Virus record (IMG/VR): IMGVR_UViG_3300027668_001405
Span: 32,001-96,000 of that record
Length of the DNA stretch: 64,000 nt
Source of the DNA: a virus
Strand: one strand, 5' to 3'
Position 1 is the first letter of the stretch. The number at the start of each line of letters is the position of its first letter. Both the position numbers and the translations under genes were made by a program. Below are positions 9,133 through 19,119 of the stretch, in pieces. The notes beneath the pieces were generated by a model. It did not search any database. It worked only from the letters and a program-made list of their open reading frames with translations, and was not told where the DNA came from.

Positions 9133-9524
9133 GTAAAATAACGGATTGGGCAGATGACTTGTCCATGCTAGAAGGCACAGAAAGACTAGTACATCTTATA
9201 GATTTAGCTAGGTTGCCTACAACATTGCCAGAAGCATTAAGAACTAAAGAGAATCTTATAGGCGGATGCATGTCTAAGATATGGGTTGATGTTGGTATAG
9301 TTGAAGAAAAGGTCAAAGTATATTATGATAGTGATGCAATGATTACAAAAGGTATTACACATGTAGTATGCGATTGCTTTTCAGATATACCAGTTGCAGA
9401 TTCAAAACAATTGAATAAAGCTAGCTTTGACAACTTAGGAGTAAAAGAACTTCTAACTTCTCAAAGACGGAATGGGCTAGGAAGTCTAATAGATACAATA
9501 ATACATAAGGTAAACAAACTATGA
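9129..9524 (+). CDS. sufE: SufE-family Fe-S sulfur acceptor
   Basis: IGGCMSKIW (conserved Cys), DSDAMITKG, LLTSQRRNGL. Confidence 0.85.
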   Translation: MSKITDWADDLSMLEGTERLVHLIDLARLPTTLPEALRTKENLIGGCMSKIWVDVGIVEEKVKVYYDSDAMITKGITHVVCDCFSDIPVADSKQLNKASFDNLGVKELLTSQRRNGLGSLIDTIIHKVNKL

Positions 9525-10615
9525 ACGAAGGAAGTTATATTTTTACAAGCGAAAGTGTCAGTGATGGGCATCCAGATAAGGTAGCAGACCAAATCTCAGA
9601 TGTACTAGTTGACGCAGGACTAAAGAACGGTGATGAGACAACACGAGTTGCCGTAGAGACACTTGTAACCACTAACCATGTTACGGTAGCGGGTGAGGTA
9701 AAAAACTTCAATGTCAGTGACGATGATGTTAAAGAGTTAATTAAGAATAAAGTCAAAGAGATTGGCTACGAACAAGATGGATTCCATTGGGATAAACTAA
9801 AAATCTATAATGAGATTCATGCACAAAGTGGAGACATTGGTTTAGGTACTAATGACTTTGGAGCAGGAGATCAGGGAATGATGTTTGGCTATGCAAGTAA
9901 TGAGAACGAAGCATTTATGCCAGCACCTATTTACTTCTCGCATAAGATTCTACAAGAACTTAAATTTATGCGTTTAGATGGATATGAGTTTTTACTACCA
10001 GATGCTAAGTCACAAATTAGTGTGCAGTACGAAGGTGGTAAGCCTAAGCGTATTGATCAAATTGTAGTATCACATCAGCACAAGGACGGATTTGTTCATA
10101 GTGTTGTAGGTCCTGTTAGGAGTGCATGTGAAAAGGTATTAGGCGATTTAATTGACAAAAATACTGTATGGCATATTAACCCAACAGGCAACTTTGTTAT
10201 TGGTGGACCAGATGGAGACACTGGTGTAACAGGACGTAAGATTATCGTAGACACATATGGTGGATTTGCACCACATGGCGGTGGAGCATTTAGTGGAAAA
10301 GATCCTACTAAGGTTGATCGTTCAGCGGCTTACATGGCACGTTGGTTAGCAAAAAATGTAATAGCAGACGATATGGCAGATTGGTGTAATATCCAATTAA
10401 GCTATGCTATTGGCGTAAAGGAACCTACTAGCATTTATGTAGATTCTAATGGACACAACAGATCAATTCAGAACTTTATTAAGAACAATGTTGACCTTAC
10501 ACCAAAGGGAATCATTGATAAGTTTGATTTGTTTAACTTTAACAAGTACAGTGCGAATTGTACATACGGACACTTTGGTGATAAGGATGTACCGTGGGAA
10601 AAAATAGGATGGTAA
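9521..10615 (+). CDS. metK: S-adenosylmethionine synthetase
   Basis: FTSESVSDGHPDK, GAGDQG, GRKIIVDTYGG, GGGAFSGKDPTKVDRS, YGHFG. Confidence 0.97.
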   Translation: MNEGSYIFTSESVSDGHPDKVADQISDVLVDAGLKNGDETTRVAVETLVTTNHVTVAGEVKNFNVSDDDVKELIKNKVKEIGYEQDGFHWDKLKIYNEIHAQSGDIGLGTNDFGAGDQGMMFGYASNENEAFMPAPIYFSHKILQELKFMRLDGYEFLLPDAKSQISVQYEGGKPKRIDQIVVSHQHKDGFVHSVVGPVRSACEKVLGDLIDKNTVWHINPTGNFVIGGPDGDTGVTGRKIIVDTYGGFAPHGGGAFSGKDPTKVDRSAAYMARWLAKNVIADDMADWCNIQLSYAIGVKEPTSIYVDSNGHNRSIQNFIKNNVDLTPKGIIDKFDLFNFNKYSANCTYGHFGDKDVPWEKIGW

Positions 10616-10617
10616 GT

Positions 10618-10935
10618 ATGGCTAAAAAAGATAAAACACTAGGTGAAAAAATAACAGGAATGTTTAAAAAAGCACCAGTTGAAAAAAAGAAAGAAGTAAG
10701 TGAAAAAGACAAAGCTACAGCAAAGGGAGAACCTTTTGTTAAAGTATTAGATATTAACTATGACAAGTCAAATCCAGGTGATGGATACTTTGAGTTGGAA
10801 TGGAATAATATCTTTGTTAAGAAGTTATTGGATGCTGGCTACAGTGGAGCAAATGAAAACGAAATCGTTGACAGTTGGTTTACAGGACTATGTAGGCAGA
10901 TATCTGAGGACCCAGGGTTTAAGGAAACAACGTAG
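10618..10935 (+). CDS. conserved phage hypothetical protein
   Basis: ORF following metK; PGDGYFELEWN segment. Confidence 0.65.
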   Translation: MAKKDKTLGEKITGMFKKAPVEKKKEVSEKDKATAKGEPFVKVLDINYDKSNPGDGYFELEWNNIFVKKLLDAGYSGANENEIVDSWFTGLCRQISEDPGFKETT

Positions 10936-10943
10936 GAATAATT

Positions 10944-11498
10944 ATGAATAAAATAGGAATGAGCGTACCAAACACAACGTGGAAAACACGTGTGCGTGAT
11001 GATAGTATCAGTGGGGACAACCCATTTAAGTGGCAAGACCTAGCAAATGTAGATGTGTTTGCTCATAAGCGTGTATTAGTATTTTCACTTCCAGGTGCAT
11101 TTACACCAACATGCTCTACGATGCAGTTGCCAGGTTTTGAAGAAAATGCAGATGCATTTTATAGTGCAGGAATTGAAGACATCTATTGTATTAGTGTTAA
11201 TGATAGTTTCGTAATGAACCGTTGGGGACAAACAGTCGTTGAGGGTGGATTACAAAACGTTAAGCTACTACCAGATGGTAACGGAGACTTTACTGCAGGC
11301 ATGGATATGTTAGTTGACAAAACGCATATTGGCTTTGGTCAGCGTTCATGGCGTTATGCAATGGTTGTGGATAAAGGAATAATTACACATTGGTTTGAAG
11401 AGCCTGGTTTTAATCAAACTGGAACTGATTCAGATCCGTATGGTGAGACTTCACCTGAGAATGTTTTAAATGCAATAACGATTGACATGCATCAATAA
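10944..11498 (+). CDS. peroxiredoxin (Prx5/AhpC-TSA type)
   Basis: FSLPGAFTPTCS, CISVNDSFVM, LLPDGNG, RSWRY. Confidence 0.92.
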   Translation: MNKIGMSVPNTTWKTRVRDDSISGDNPFKWQDLANVDVFAHKRVLVFSLPGAFTPTCSTMQLPGFEENADAFYSAGIEDIYCISVNDSFVMNRWGQTVVEGGLQNVKLLPDGNGDFTAGMDMLVDKTHIGFGQRSWRYAMVVDKGIITHWFEEPGFNQTGTDSDPYGETSPENVLNAITIDMHQ

Positions 11499-11510
11499 TT
11501 GTGTTATTAT
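11482..11510 (+). promoter_or_regulatory. sigma70-type promoter
   Basis: TTGACA-17-TATTAT upstream of the RNase H gene. Confidence 0.65.
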
Positions 11511-11537
11511 AGTGTTAATAAATTTTAGATAAGGACT

Positions 11538-12539
11538 ATGAAGATGAGTTATATTTTAGTAGATGCAGCGAATATGTTCTTTCGTGCAAGACATGTAGTA
11601 CGTGGTAGTGATATGCATACAAAAATTGGTATGAGTTATCACATTATGTTTAATAGTATTAACAAGGTGTGGCGTGAGCAAAAAGGCACACATGTTGTTT
11701 TATGTCTTGAAGGACGTAGTTGGCGTAAAGATGCATATGAACCTTATAAGCGAAATCGTAGTGTAGCACGTGCCGCACTTAACGAAACTGAGCAAGATGA
11801 GGATCGTGCATTTTGGGAAGCATTTGATGAACTAAAAGCATTCTTCGAGAAACGTACTAATGTTACAGTATTACAACACAGTGAATGTGAAGCAGATGAC
11901 TTTATTGCTAGGTGGATCCAGAATCACCCTAACGATAAGCATTGCATAGTATCAAGTGACAGCGACTTTTATCAGTTACTAGGCCCTAACGTACAACAGT
12001 ATAATGGTATTACTGGACAGCTAATTACTACAGAAGGCATCTTTGATGACCGTGGTAAGCCTGTAATGGATAAAAAAACTAAGGAACCTAAACTCCTTGG
12101 AGACCCGCAGTGGTTGTTGTTTGAGAAATGTATTCGAGGCGACACAAGTGACAACGTGTTTAGTGCATGCCCAGGTGCTCGTAAGAAAGGCACTAAGAAC
12201 AAGGTTGGTATGCAAGAAGCGTTTGCAGATAAAGAGTCTAAGGGCTATAACTGGAATAACTTTATGCTACAACGTTGGGTAGATCATGAAGGTGTTGAGC
12301 ATCGTGTACTAGAAGATTACGAACGTAACAAACACATTATTGATTTAACACAACAGCCTGATAACATTAAGGCTTCGTTAGATGAAGCTATTGTTGAACA
12401 AGTCCAAAAAGAACACAAAGGACAAGTAGGCATACACTTTATGAAGTTCTGTGGTAAATGGGATATGCAACGTATTGTAGAAAAGGCTCAAGATCATTCT
12501 ACGTATCTAAATAGGAGCTATGCTAATGCACAAACTTAG
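11538..12539 (+). CDS. rnh: T4-type RNase H / 5'-3' flap exonuclease
   Basis: ILVDAAN, EGRSWRK...YKRNR, EADD, SSDSDF, GDTSDNV. Confidence 0.88.
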   Translation: MKMSYILVDAANMFFRARHVVRGSDMHTKIGMSYHIMFNSINKVWREQKGTHVVLCLEGRSWRKDAYEPYKRNRSVARAALNETEQDEDRAFWEAFDELKAFFEKRTNVTVLQHSECEADDFIARWIQNHPNDKHCIVSSDSDFYQLLGPNVQQYNGITGQLITTEGIFDDRGKPVMDKKTKEPKLLGDPQWLLFEKCIRGDTSDNVFSACPGARKKGTKNKVGMQEAFADKESKGYNWNNFMLQRWVDHEGVEHRVLEDYERNKHIIDLTQQPDNIKASLDEAIVEQVQKEHKGQVGIHFMKFCGKWDMQRIVEKAQDHSTYLNRSYANAQT

Positions 12540-13248
12540 AGCATATGTATTTGATGTAGATGGTACACTAACACTTAGTAGAACTTTAATGGACCCAGAG
12601 TTCAAAAAGTTCTTTAAAAAGTTTGTAGAGTATCATAAAGTATATATTGTAACGGGCAGTGACTATCCTAAAACTTTAGAACAACTAGGCAAAGATACAA
12701 TGCATGCAGTAATACGTTCATACAATTGCAGTGGAAATAGTATATGGGAAAGAGGAGAGAACATCTTCAATAATCCATGGACAATTGAAGCAGATGCAAA
12801 TGCATTCTTAGAAAACGCATTACAAGAATCAAACTTTAAAATCAGAACTGGAACACACATTGAACAACGTCCTGGTATGGTAAACTTTAGTGTACTAGGC
12901 AGAGGCGCAACAACAGAACAACGTGCCGCTTATGTAGACTATGATGCTGATATGGGCGAACGTGCAGTTATTGCAACACAGTTTAATGCATTGTACGCAT
13001 CAACAGGACTTAATGCACATGTAGCAGGTGCAACAGGAATTGACATTGCTCCAATTGGTAAAGACAAAAGTCAGATACTAAAGGACTTTGACGATATGCA
13101 TGTTTATTTCTACGGAGATATGATGCAAGAAGGTGGTAACGACAGGCCACTAAAAAACGCAATCGAAGCTAGAAACAGTACACAAGATAGAACGTTTACA
13201 GTTACAGATTGGAAACATACATTTAACCTATTAAAGGAAGCATACTAA
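12520..13248 (+). CDS. HAD-IIB hydrolase, phosphomannomutase-like
   Basis: FDVDGTL, IVTGSD, IEQRPGMVNFS..GR, YGD...GGND. Confidence 0.8.
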   Translation: MLMHKLRAYVFDVDGTLTLSRTLMDPEFKKFFKKFVEYHKVYIVTGSDYPKTLEQLGKDTMHAVIRSYNCSGNSIWERGENIFNNPWTIEADANAFLENALQESNFKIRTGTHIEQRPGMVNFSVLGRGATTEQRAAYVDYDADMGERAVIATQFNALYASTGLNAHVAGATGIDIAPIGKDKSQILKDFDDMHVYFYGDMMQEGGNDRPLKNAIEARNSTQDRTFTVTDWKHTFNLLKEAY

Positions 13249-13559
13249 TGGTAATCGATACAGCAGAAGGCATCAACTTGATGACTGGCACTAAAGTAGA
13301 ACGAACTGAACTTGAACTTCAGCTTCGTGATAATATTATGGAAGTTACATTTAACAAAATTAACGGCGACAAACGTATAATGAGCTGTACATTGAGTAAG
13401 AATGTTCTACCACCAGCAACTAAGAAAGATCCTCTAACACAGGAAAAGATTCGTAAAATTAACGAAGAAGTAATGAGTGTTTGGGATACAAATGCTAATG
13501 GCTTTCGTAGTTTCCGAATGGCAAATATTGTCGAAGTTAAACAACTAAAAGCAGTATAA
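13248..13559 (+). CDS. conserved phage hypothetical protein (WYL/SH3-like)
   Basis: VTFNKINGDKRIMSCTL...WDTNANGFRSFR pattern. Confidence 0.6.
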   Translation: MVIDTAEGINLMTGTKVERTELELQLRDNIMEVTFNKINGDKRIMSCTLSKNVLPPATKKDPLTQEKIRKINEEVMSVWDTNANGFRSFRMANIVEVKQLKAV

Positions 13560-13563
13560 TTAA

Positions 13564-14034
13564 ATGGCTCATAAGATTAAAGAAATCATTACTGACAAGT
13601 ATTGGATCGTTGAAAGTCCTTATATGAAGATAGGAACTATACGTAAAATACCTGAAGGCTATGAGTTCTTTAATCAAATTGAGAACACAAAGACGCTGTT
13701 AGACACCCTACAGGGCTTCAAATCAGCTACTGTAGCGCCTACAGACACAACTACACAAATTTATAAGGGACTACCTACAAACGCAACAGAATTACACCCT
13801 GAAGAGCACCCTACGCTACCCGCATTTAAAAAGACTAAGACTGGTAAAACAGTATTTGTTGCAGGCTATTATATTTTAAAATATACTGGCATGGGCTGGC
13901 AACATGCATTTTGTCCAAAATTAGAGACAGTTGACAAATATGAGACTAGAGGCCCCTATTTCACTGAGTGGGATATGAACTTAAATCTTAAGAAAGCAAA
14001 ATCGGAACCAAAAAATGAAACATCTTCCATTTAA
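13564..14034 (+). CDS. hypothetical protein
   Basis: 156 aa co-directional ORF. Confidence 0.65.
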   Translation: MAHKIKEIITDKYWIVESPYMKIGTIRKIPEGYEFFNQIENTKTLLDTLQGFKSATVAPTDTTTQIYKGLPTNATELHPEEHPTLPAFKKTKTGKTVFVAGYYILKYTGMGWQHAFCPKLETVDKYETRGPYFTEWDMNLNLKKAKSEPKNETSSI

Positions 14035-14461
14035 TTCAATTATGTTTTTTGCGACACTCATTCTATTAGCAGTAGCATATACTAGTGGAGCAATAGCACA
14101 GACTACCGGACCAAATAGTTTACTAGACGGAGATCAATACACAGACCCAACAGTTCCAGAAGAAGAAGCCCCAGATGCTGTACCTAAGAAGAATCAAAGC
14201 CAGCAATGGATATCTGCATCACGTCCTATTATGTGTAACAGTATACCCTATATTAAAGGTTGGTTACAAGCTAAAGGACAAGTTATGATTGGCTCAGGAC
14301 ATAAACCAAAAGAGTATATGCCAAGTGATCCATTCGATGGTATTATCCTTTTAATGAACTTAGAAACAAAAGAGTATACCATGTTGTTAGTTAGTGCAGA
14401 GCATAACTTAGCTTGCATAACGGCAGCAGGTGCATCATTCACAACAGGTGGTGTCAAATAG
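14015..14461 (+). CDS. secreted hypothetical protein
   Basis: N-terminal signal peptide; two Cys. Confidence 0.6.
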   Translation: MKHLPFNSIMFFATLILLAVAYTSGAIAQTTGPNSLLDGDQYTDPTVPEEEAPDAVPKKNQSQQWISASRPIMCNSIPYIKGWLQAKGQVMIGSGHKPKEYMPSDPFDGIILLMNLETKEYTMLLVSAEHNLACITAAGASFTTGGVK

Positions 14462-14502
14462 TAAAATAATAAACCGTTAAGTCTAGTTTTATCTTCCATT
14501 TG

Positions 14503-14510
14503 TATAAATA
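14503..14510 (+). promoter_or_regulatory. T4 late promoter TATAAATA
   Basis: Exact gp55 consensus, intergenic, followed by RBS AGGAG and ATG 14536. Confidence 0.7.
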
Positions 14511-14535
14511 CAAGTAATAGGAGAAACAAATACTA

Positions 14536-14838
14536 ATGGCTAGACCAAAACCAAACATTATACTCGACCAAGTAGATAAAAGTTACAACAGTGAACAGAT
14601 TTTAGAAGCAGGCGCAATTTATGCAGTGTATTATGAGAACAAACCAATTAATTTAAGGACCATGAACACACTAGTAAACTACCCTGGGCCTAAGTATAAG
14701 AAAGTAAGTTTCTCAAACAGTGGACACGCATTTAACCTTTCAGACAGACTTAATAAAAAGTTTAATTCTGATCAGTTTAGCGTAGTAAAATTGACTCATG
14801 GCGAAACAGTTACTAGAAACTCGAAAAGTTCAAACTGA
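14536..14838 (+). CDS. conserved phage hypothetical protein
   Basis: MARPKPNIIL...GPKYKKVSFSNSGHA; strong RBS. Confidence 0.7.
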   Translation: MARPKPNIILDQVDKSYNSEQILEAGAIYAVYYENKPINLRTMNTLVNYPGPKYKKVSFSNSGHAFNLSDRLNKKFNSDQFSVVKLTHGETVTRNSKSSN

Positions 14839-15115
14839 TATAATCAAACTATTTTCAATTGATTTAGAGATTAAGGCAGTTTTTAAAAATACGCAGACCT
14901 TACGGCTAACAAAGGTAGGTCAGCGTATACTAAGTAAATCTTACGATAGTTGGGTGTTCGAGTCACCTAAGCTAAATGCAAATAATTTAATTAATTTGCT
15001 ACGTAAGATGCGATATCCCTATTATATTGATAAGGATAAACTAATCTTGTATACTGAGAAAGATGCCTTTCTCGCAAAGTTTGCAGGAGCACAAGGATGG
15101 TTAGATGGCAAATAA
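14798..15115 (+). CDS. hypothetical protein
   Basis: 105 aa overlapping ORF. Confidence 0.6.
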   Translation: MAKQLLETRKVQTDIIKLFSIDLEIKAVFKNTQTLRLTKVGQRILSKSYDSWVFESPKLNANNLINLLRKMRYPYYIDKDKLILYTEKDAFLAKFAGAQGWLDGK

Positions 15116-15314
15116 AATAGAAGGAATTGAAATTCCAGAGTTAATAAACGTACACTGTACAGACAACGATCAGACAGTTGAAGTGCAGTATATATCACAC
15201 CACAATAATATGATAAGAACAGACCTACAAGGAATCCCCTTAAACTTTAATCACTTAAAACGGAACATATACGTTGCCAATTTCAATGGCAGAGAATTTG
15301 TTATGAAACTATGA
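15105..15314 (+). CDS. hypothetical protein
   Basis: 69 aa coupled ORF. Confidence 0.55.
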   Translation: MANKIEGIEIPELINVHCTDNDQTVEVQYISHHNNMIRTDLQGIPLNFNHLKRNIYVANFNGREFVMKL

Positions 15315-15613
15315 ATCAAATAGACTTACACGGACAAACAGTACATGAAGCTTGGAAGACATTTAGCGAACATGTAGCAGACTGTTACTTCAACGACATT
15401 AAAGCAACTACAGTTATTACAGGACACGGACAAATTGGTGAAGAACTAATTGCTTGGGTACATGCTAATAAACACTGTCAACATGCCTCTAAAGGTAGAA
15501 ACACAGGTGCTTACACTGTAGCTATTAAGAAAAACAAGAAACATAAGCCTACTGTAAAAGCAAACACTACTGTAGATTTAAGTCAACTGATTAAAAAGTG
15601 GAATAATCATTGA
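15311..15613 (+). CDS. Smr/MutS2-domain protein
   Basis: IDLHGQTVHEA and VITGHG motifs. Confidence 0.75.
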   Translation: MNQIDLHGQTVHEAWKTFSEHVADCYFNDIKATTVITGHGQIGEELIAWVHANKHCQHASKGRNTGAYTVAIKKNKKHKPTVKANTTVDLSQLIKKWNNH

Positions 15614-15638
15614 CAACTAAGCAAATTTAATATACTAT
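15610..15638 (+). promoter_or_regulatory. sigma70-type promoter
   Basis: TTGACA-17-TACTAT. Confidence 0.55.
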
Positions 15639-15671
15639 GTATATAGTTTTAACCTAAAGAAGAATATTTAA

Positions 15672-16124
15672 ATGTCAGATGAGAGCTTTAGTCACTTTGT
15701 AAAACAGTTAGAAAAAATGTCAAACGAAATAAAAACAAAACCTATAAAGATAAACGCTAAAGACAATGCTAAGTGGTGGTATAAGCTAAGCCTCGAAGAC
15801 AAGCATCAAGCATTTTATGCAGTAGTTAGTACTATGCTAAAAGCAGAAACAACTTCCAGAAAGACATACAGAAACTCACTATACGAAGTTTTTAAGTTTG
15901 GCCCTGAGATGTATGATGCAGGAGTTCAATGTGGATACAAAGAACTTCATAAGATGTTAGAGAAAGATAAAACATTTGATGACGTAGACGAAATACGTAT
16001 TCAAGACAGCAACGGAATTTTTAACCTAGACCTTAGTGTAAGTGAATTTAGCTTTACTAAAGAAGATAACGGTTATGGAAGTAAGACCCTAATATTGAAA
16101 ATTAAGACAGATAAAGAGGAATAA
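15672..16124 (+). CDS. hypothetical protein
   Basis: 150 aa ORF. Confidence 0.6.
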   Translation: MSDESFSHFVKQLEKMSNEIKTKPIKINAKDNAKWWYKLSLEDKHQAFYAVVSTMLKAETTSRKTYRNSLYEVFKFGPEMYDAGVQCGYKELHKMLEKDKTFDDVDEIRIQDSNGIFNLDLSVSEFSFTKEDNGYGSKTLILKIKTDKEE

Positions 16125-16126
16125 GA

Positions 16127-16801
16127 ATGTCAGTCAAACTAGTATGCTATTCAAAAGCAACCAATCATTACAAAGAAGAAGGACTTGAAAATTTACAAGA
16201 TCTAATTGCATTTTGTGCAAAAGTTAGTAACCCATCAGCACAGATTAACCACGAAACAAGCGAGCGACTAATCAAGTATTTGATTAAACATCAACATTGG
16301 TCACCTCTGGAAATGGTTAATGCTACACTAGAAATTAAAACTACACGTGATATTGCACACCAAATTGTACGACATCGTAGTTTTGCTTTCCAAGAGTTTA
16401 GCCAGCGTTATGCTGATCCAGAAGCACAAGGTGATATGTTTGAATACAGCGAAGCACGTTTGCAAGATCCAAAGAACAGGCAGAACAGTATTGAAACTGA
16501 TGATGTAGCATTACAGGTTTGGTGGGACTCACAACAAAAGTTTATTGCAGAAGCTGCAAAAGTTATCTATGACAATGCTATTGAAAAAGGTATTGCTAAA
16601 GAGCAAGCACGTAAAGTATTGCCAGAAGGACTTACTAAGACTACATTGTACATGCAAGGTAGTATCCGTAGTTGGGTACACTATATTGAATTGCGTGGTA
16701 GTAATGGAACACAAAAAGAACACATGGAAATCGCAATGGCATGTGCTAAAGTAATCGCAGGTATATTTCCACTTGCAGGTGAGTTAACTAATGAGAGTTA
16801 A
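16127..16801 (+). CDS. thyX: FAD-dependent thymidylate synthase
   Basis: HWSPLE, RHRSFAFQEFSQRY, EQARKVLP, TQKEH. Confidence 0.95.
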   Translation: MSVKLVCYSKATNHYKEEGLENLQDLIAFCAKVSNPSAQINHETSERLIKYLIKHQHWSPLEMVNATLEIKTTRDIAHQIVRHRSFAFQEFSQRYADPEAQGDMFEYSEARLQDPKNRQNSIETDDVALQVWWDSQQKFIAEAAKVIYDNAIEKGIAKEQARKVLPEGLTKTTLYMQGSIRSWVHYIELRGSNGTQKEHMEIAMACAKVIAGIFPLAGELTNES

Positions 16802-17525
16802 TAAAAAGATTACAGCAGACTTAGCTAACTTTATTAAGATGCGTTACAATATTAGTGTAACAGACTATGCAGAAAAGTATCCTGAGATGTTTAAATCATT
16901 TATGCGTATGCAGTACTGGCTAGATGAAGCTACGCTAGCTAGGTATTTTGGTCCTAACGATAATGCAGAAGAAGAAGGAACCTATTGGGTTCAGCAGTTG
17001 AAATGGGACACACGCAGAACAGGCAAGGAGTTACTTGCTAAACTTACTAAGAGCAACCCAGCAAAGATTATTGATGTAGGTTGCGGTGATAACGAATGGA
17101 AACAATACTTTGGCGACAAGCTAATTGGCATTGATCCTTTCAACGAAAATGCTGATTTTATAATTGGTGTAAATGAATATGCACCCGAACACTTAAACAA
17201 GTATGATGTTGCACTAGCATTAGGTAGCATTAACTTTGGCGATCAAACAGAAATTGAACGTCAAATTGGTAATGTAGTGCATATGGTTAAGCCGGGTGGA
17301 AAGATATACTGGCGTATGAATCCTGGCATTACACATGATAACCCACAAGCACAATGGGTTGACTTCTTTCCTTGGTCAGAGGAATATATTAAAGACATTG
17401 CTAGCAGATGTAATTGTATAGTAAACGAAATATCATGGGATCATACCGAAGTAGATGTAGACGTCAGATGGGGAAACCGCTTGTATAGCGAGTGGACTTT
17501 AGACGACAAATACAACACAGTCTAA
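16791..17525 (+). CDS. class I SAM-dependent methyltransferase-like protein
   Basis: IIDVGCG motif I, GIDP, YDVALALGSINF, VKPGG. Confidence 0.75.
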   Translation: MRVNKKITADLANFIKMRYNISVTDYAEKYPEMFKSFMRMQYWLDEATLARYFGPNDNAEEEGTYWVQQLKWDTRRTGKELLAKLTKSNPAKIIDVGCGDNEWKQYFGDKLIGIDPFNENADFIIGVNEYAPEHLNKYDVALALGSINFGDQTEIERQIGNVVHMVKPGGKIYWRMNPGITHDNPQAQWVDFFPWSEEYIKDIASRCNCIVNEISWDHTEVDVDVRWGNRLYSEWTLDDKYNTV

Positions 17526-17527
17526 TA

Positions 17528-17535
17528 GATAAATA
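17528..17535 (+). promoter_or_regulatory. late promoter motif GATAAATA
   Basis: Intergenic, upstream of the HtrA gene. Confidence 0.5.
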
Positions 17536-17593
17536 CATATAGGGTCGGCCCTCAAATAATGAGTTAAAAGATACCTATAAGGAAGAGAAATCT

Positions 17594-18904
17594 ATGCATT
17601 TAGACAACGGTATCATTAAAGATTCAATTACGATAATTAAAAAAGCAACTAACTCAACATACAATTTCTTTTGTATCCCACGAGTAAAAACGATTGCTAT
17701 AATAACATTCGCAGTACTATTAAGCACAACAATTAATTCGTATATGCGACCAATCCAACAAAAACTACACGATGGAATCAATTTCGTTTATGAATATAAC
17801 GAACCAATCGGTGAAGCAATATACGAAGTTAATGGGTTCTTATTTAATGGTAAGAGTTTTGATGCTGAACGTATTGCTAAACGTGTAATATATGATTCGT
17901 ATAGTTCAGTTGTAATAGTTACAGTAGCGTCTAAAGATAAAACAGCAAACAAAGGTATGGCTGGACGAGGCACTGGATTCTTTATTGAAGTAACAGATGA
18001 CTACGCACTTATTGCTACCAACCATCACGTAGTAGATGGGCATATCAACGACAAAACATTTGAGATTTCAATTGGAACATCTACAGAAATGTGGACTTAT
18101 GATGTTGAACTTATTGGCTATGACCAAGTAGCAGATGTTGCAGTTCTAAAAATTCTTAAAAAAGACAACGAAGATTGGAAAGCACTTGAGTGGTCAACAC
18201 AAGACTCTATTAGTGTAGGCGATCCTGTTGTAGTTATTGGACACGGTATGAGTATGCCTTGGACAAGTACACAAGGACATGTTGTTTACAAGGATAGATT
18301 TGGTGCAAGACCATATTCATTAATGCTACAAGTTGACGCAGTTATTAACCAGGGCAACAGTGGTGGACCAGTTATTGATACTAACGGCAAGGTTGTTGGT
18401 ATAGCACAAAGCATTTACAGCCCAGGTAGAAAGATTCCAGGTTGGGATGGTATTGGAATGGCAGTACCTGTAAGACAAGCAAAGCGAGCAATTGAATACA
18501 TTATTAGTCCACTATATATCTCTAAAGGATTTGTACCTTATGCAGAGTTTCCTTTTATGCTAGGAACATTTACACTAGATGAAGTTAAAGATGTTGCACG
18601 TGATGATAGAAGATTTGCATACATTAATTACCCAGAGATAAAAGAAGATGGAACACTTGTACCTAAAACAGTAGGTGAGAAGTCAGGATTCTTACAGGGC
18701 GATATTATAACAAAGATTAATGATATTGATGTATACTCAAGCTTCTATGTATTAAGAGAAACAATATATGCATTTCCAGGTGATATATGGACTGTTACAT
18801 TTACACGTGATGGCGAAGTAATGACTAAGGATATTGCACTAAGTGAAATGGACCATGATAAACTTGTTAAATCTTTAAAGCGTCGAGCTACTGGTGGTAA
18901 GTGA
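17594..18904 (+). CDS. HtrA/DegP-family serine protease with N-terminal membrane anchor and PDZ domain
   Basis: GTGF, TNHHV, DVAVLK, INQGNSGGP, GDIITKIND. Confidence 0.9.
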   Translation: MHLDNGIIKDSITIIKKATNSTYNFFCIPRVKTIAIITFAVLLSTTINSYMRPIQQKLHDGINFVYEYNEPIGEAIYEVNGFLFNGKSFDAERIAKRVIYDSYSSVVIVTVASKDKTANKGMAGRGTGFFIEVTDDYALIATNHHVVDGHINDKTFEISIGTSTEMWTYDVELIGYDQVADVAVLKILKKDNEDWKALEWSTQDSISVGDPVVVIGHGMSMPWTSTQGHVVYKDRFGARPYSLMLQVDAVINQGNSGGPVIDTNGKVVGIAQSIYSPGRKIPGWDGIGMAVPVRQAKRAIEYIISPLYISKGFVPYAEFPFMLGTFTLDEVKDVARDDRRFAYINYPEIKEDGTLVPKTVGEKSGFLQGDIITKINDIDVYSSFYVLRETIYAFPGDIWTVTFTRDGEVMTKDIALSEMDHDKLVKSLKRRATGGK

Positions 18905-19119
18905 AGCCTAAGACACACTACGATTTACTAACACACAGACATGCTCCTATCAAATGCTTTACTTGGTTCCCTAAACGTATGACAAGTGGCAAATTAGTGC
19001 TTGTTGGCACATATTACCAAGTAGTTACGAACATCAGAAGTGCAGATCCACGTCATTTGTGGATAGATAGCGAATTCTATACAGAAGCAGAGCTATTCCT
19101 TATAAAACTATCAAAATAA
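18901..19119 (+). CDS. hypothetical protein
   Basis: 72 aa, GTG start overlapping the upstream stop. Confidence 0.5.
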   Translation: MKPKTHYDLLTHRHAPIKCFTWFPKRMTSGKLVLVGTYYQVVTNIRSADPRHLWIDSEFYTEAELFLIKLSK

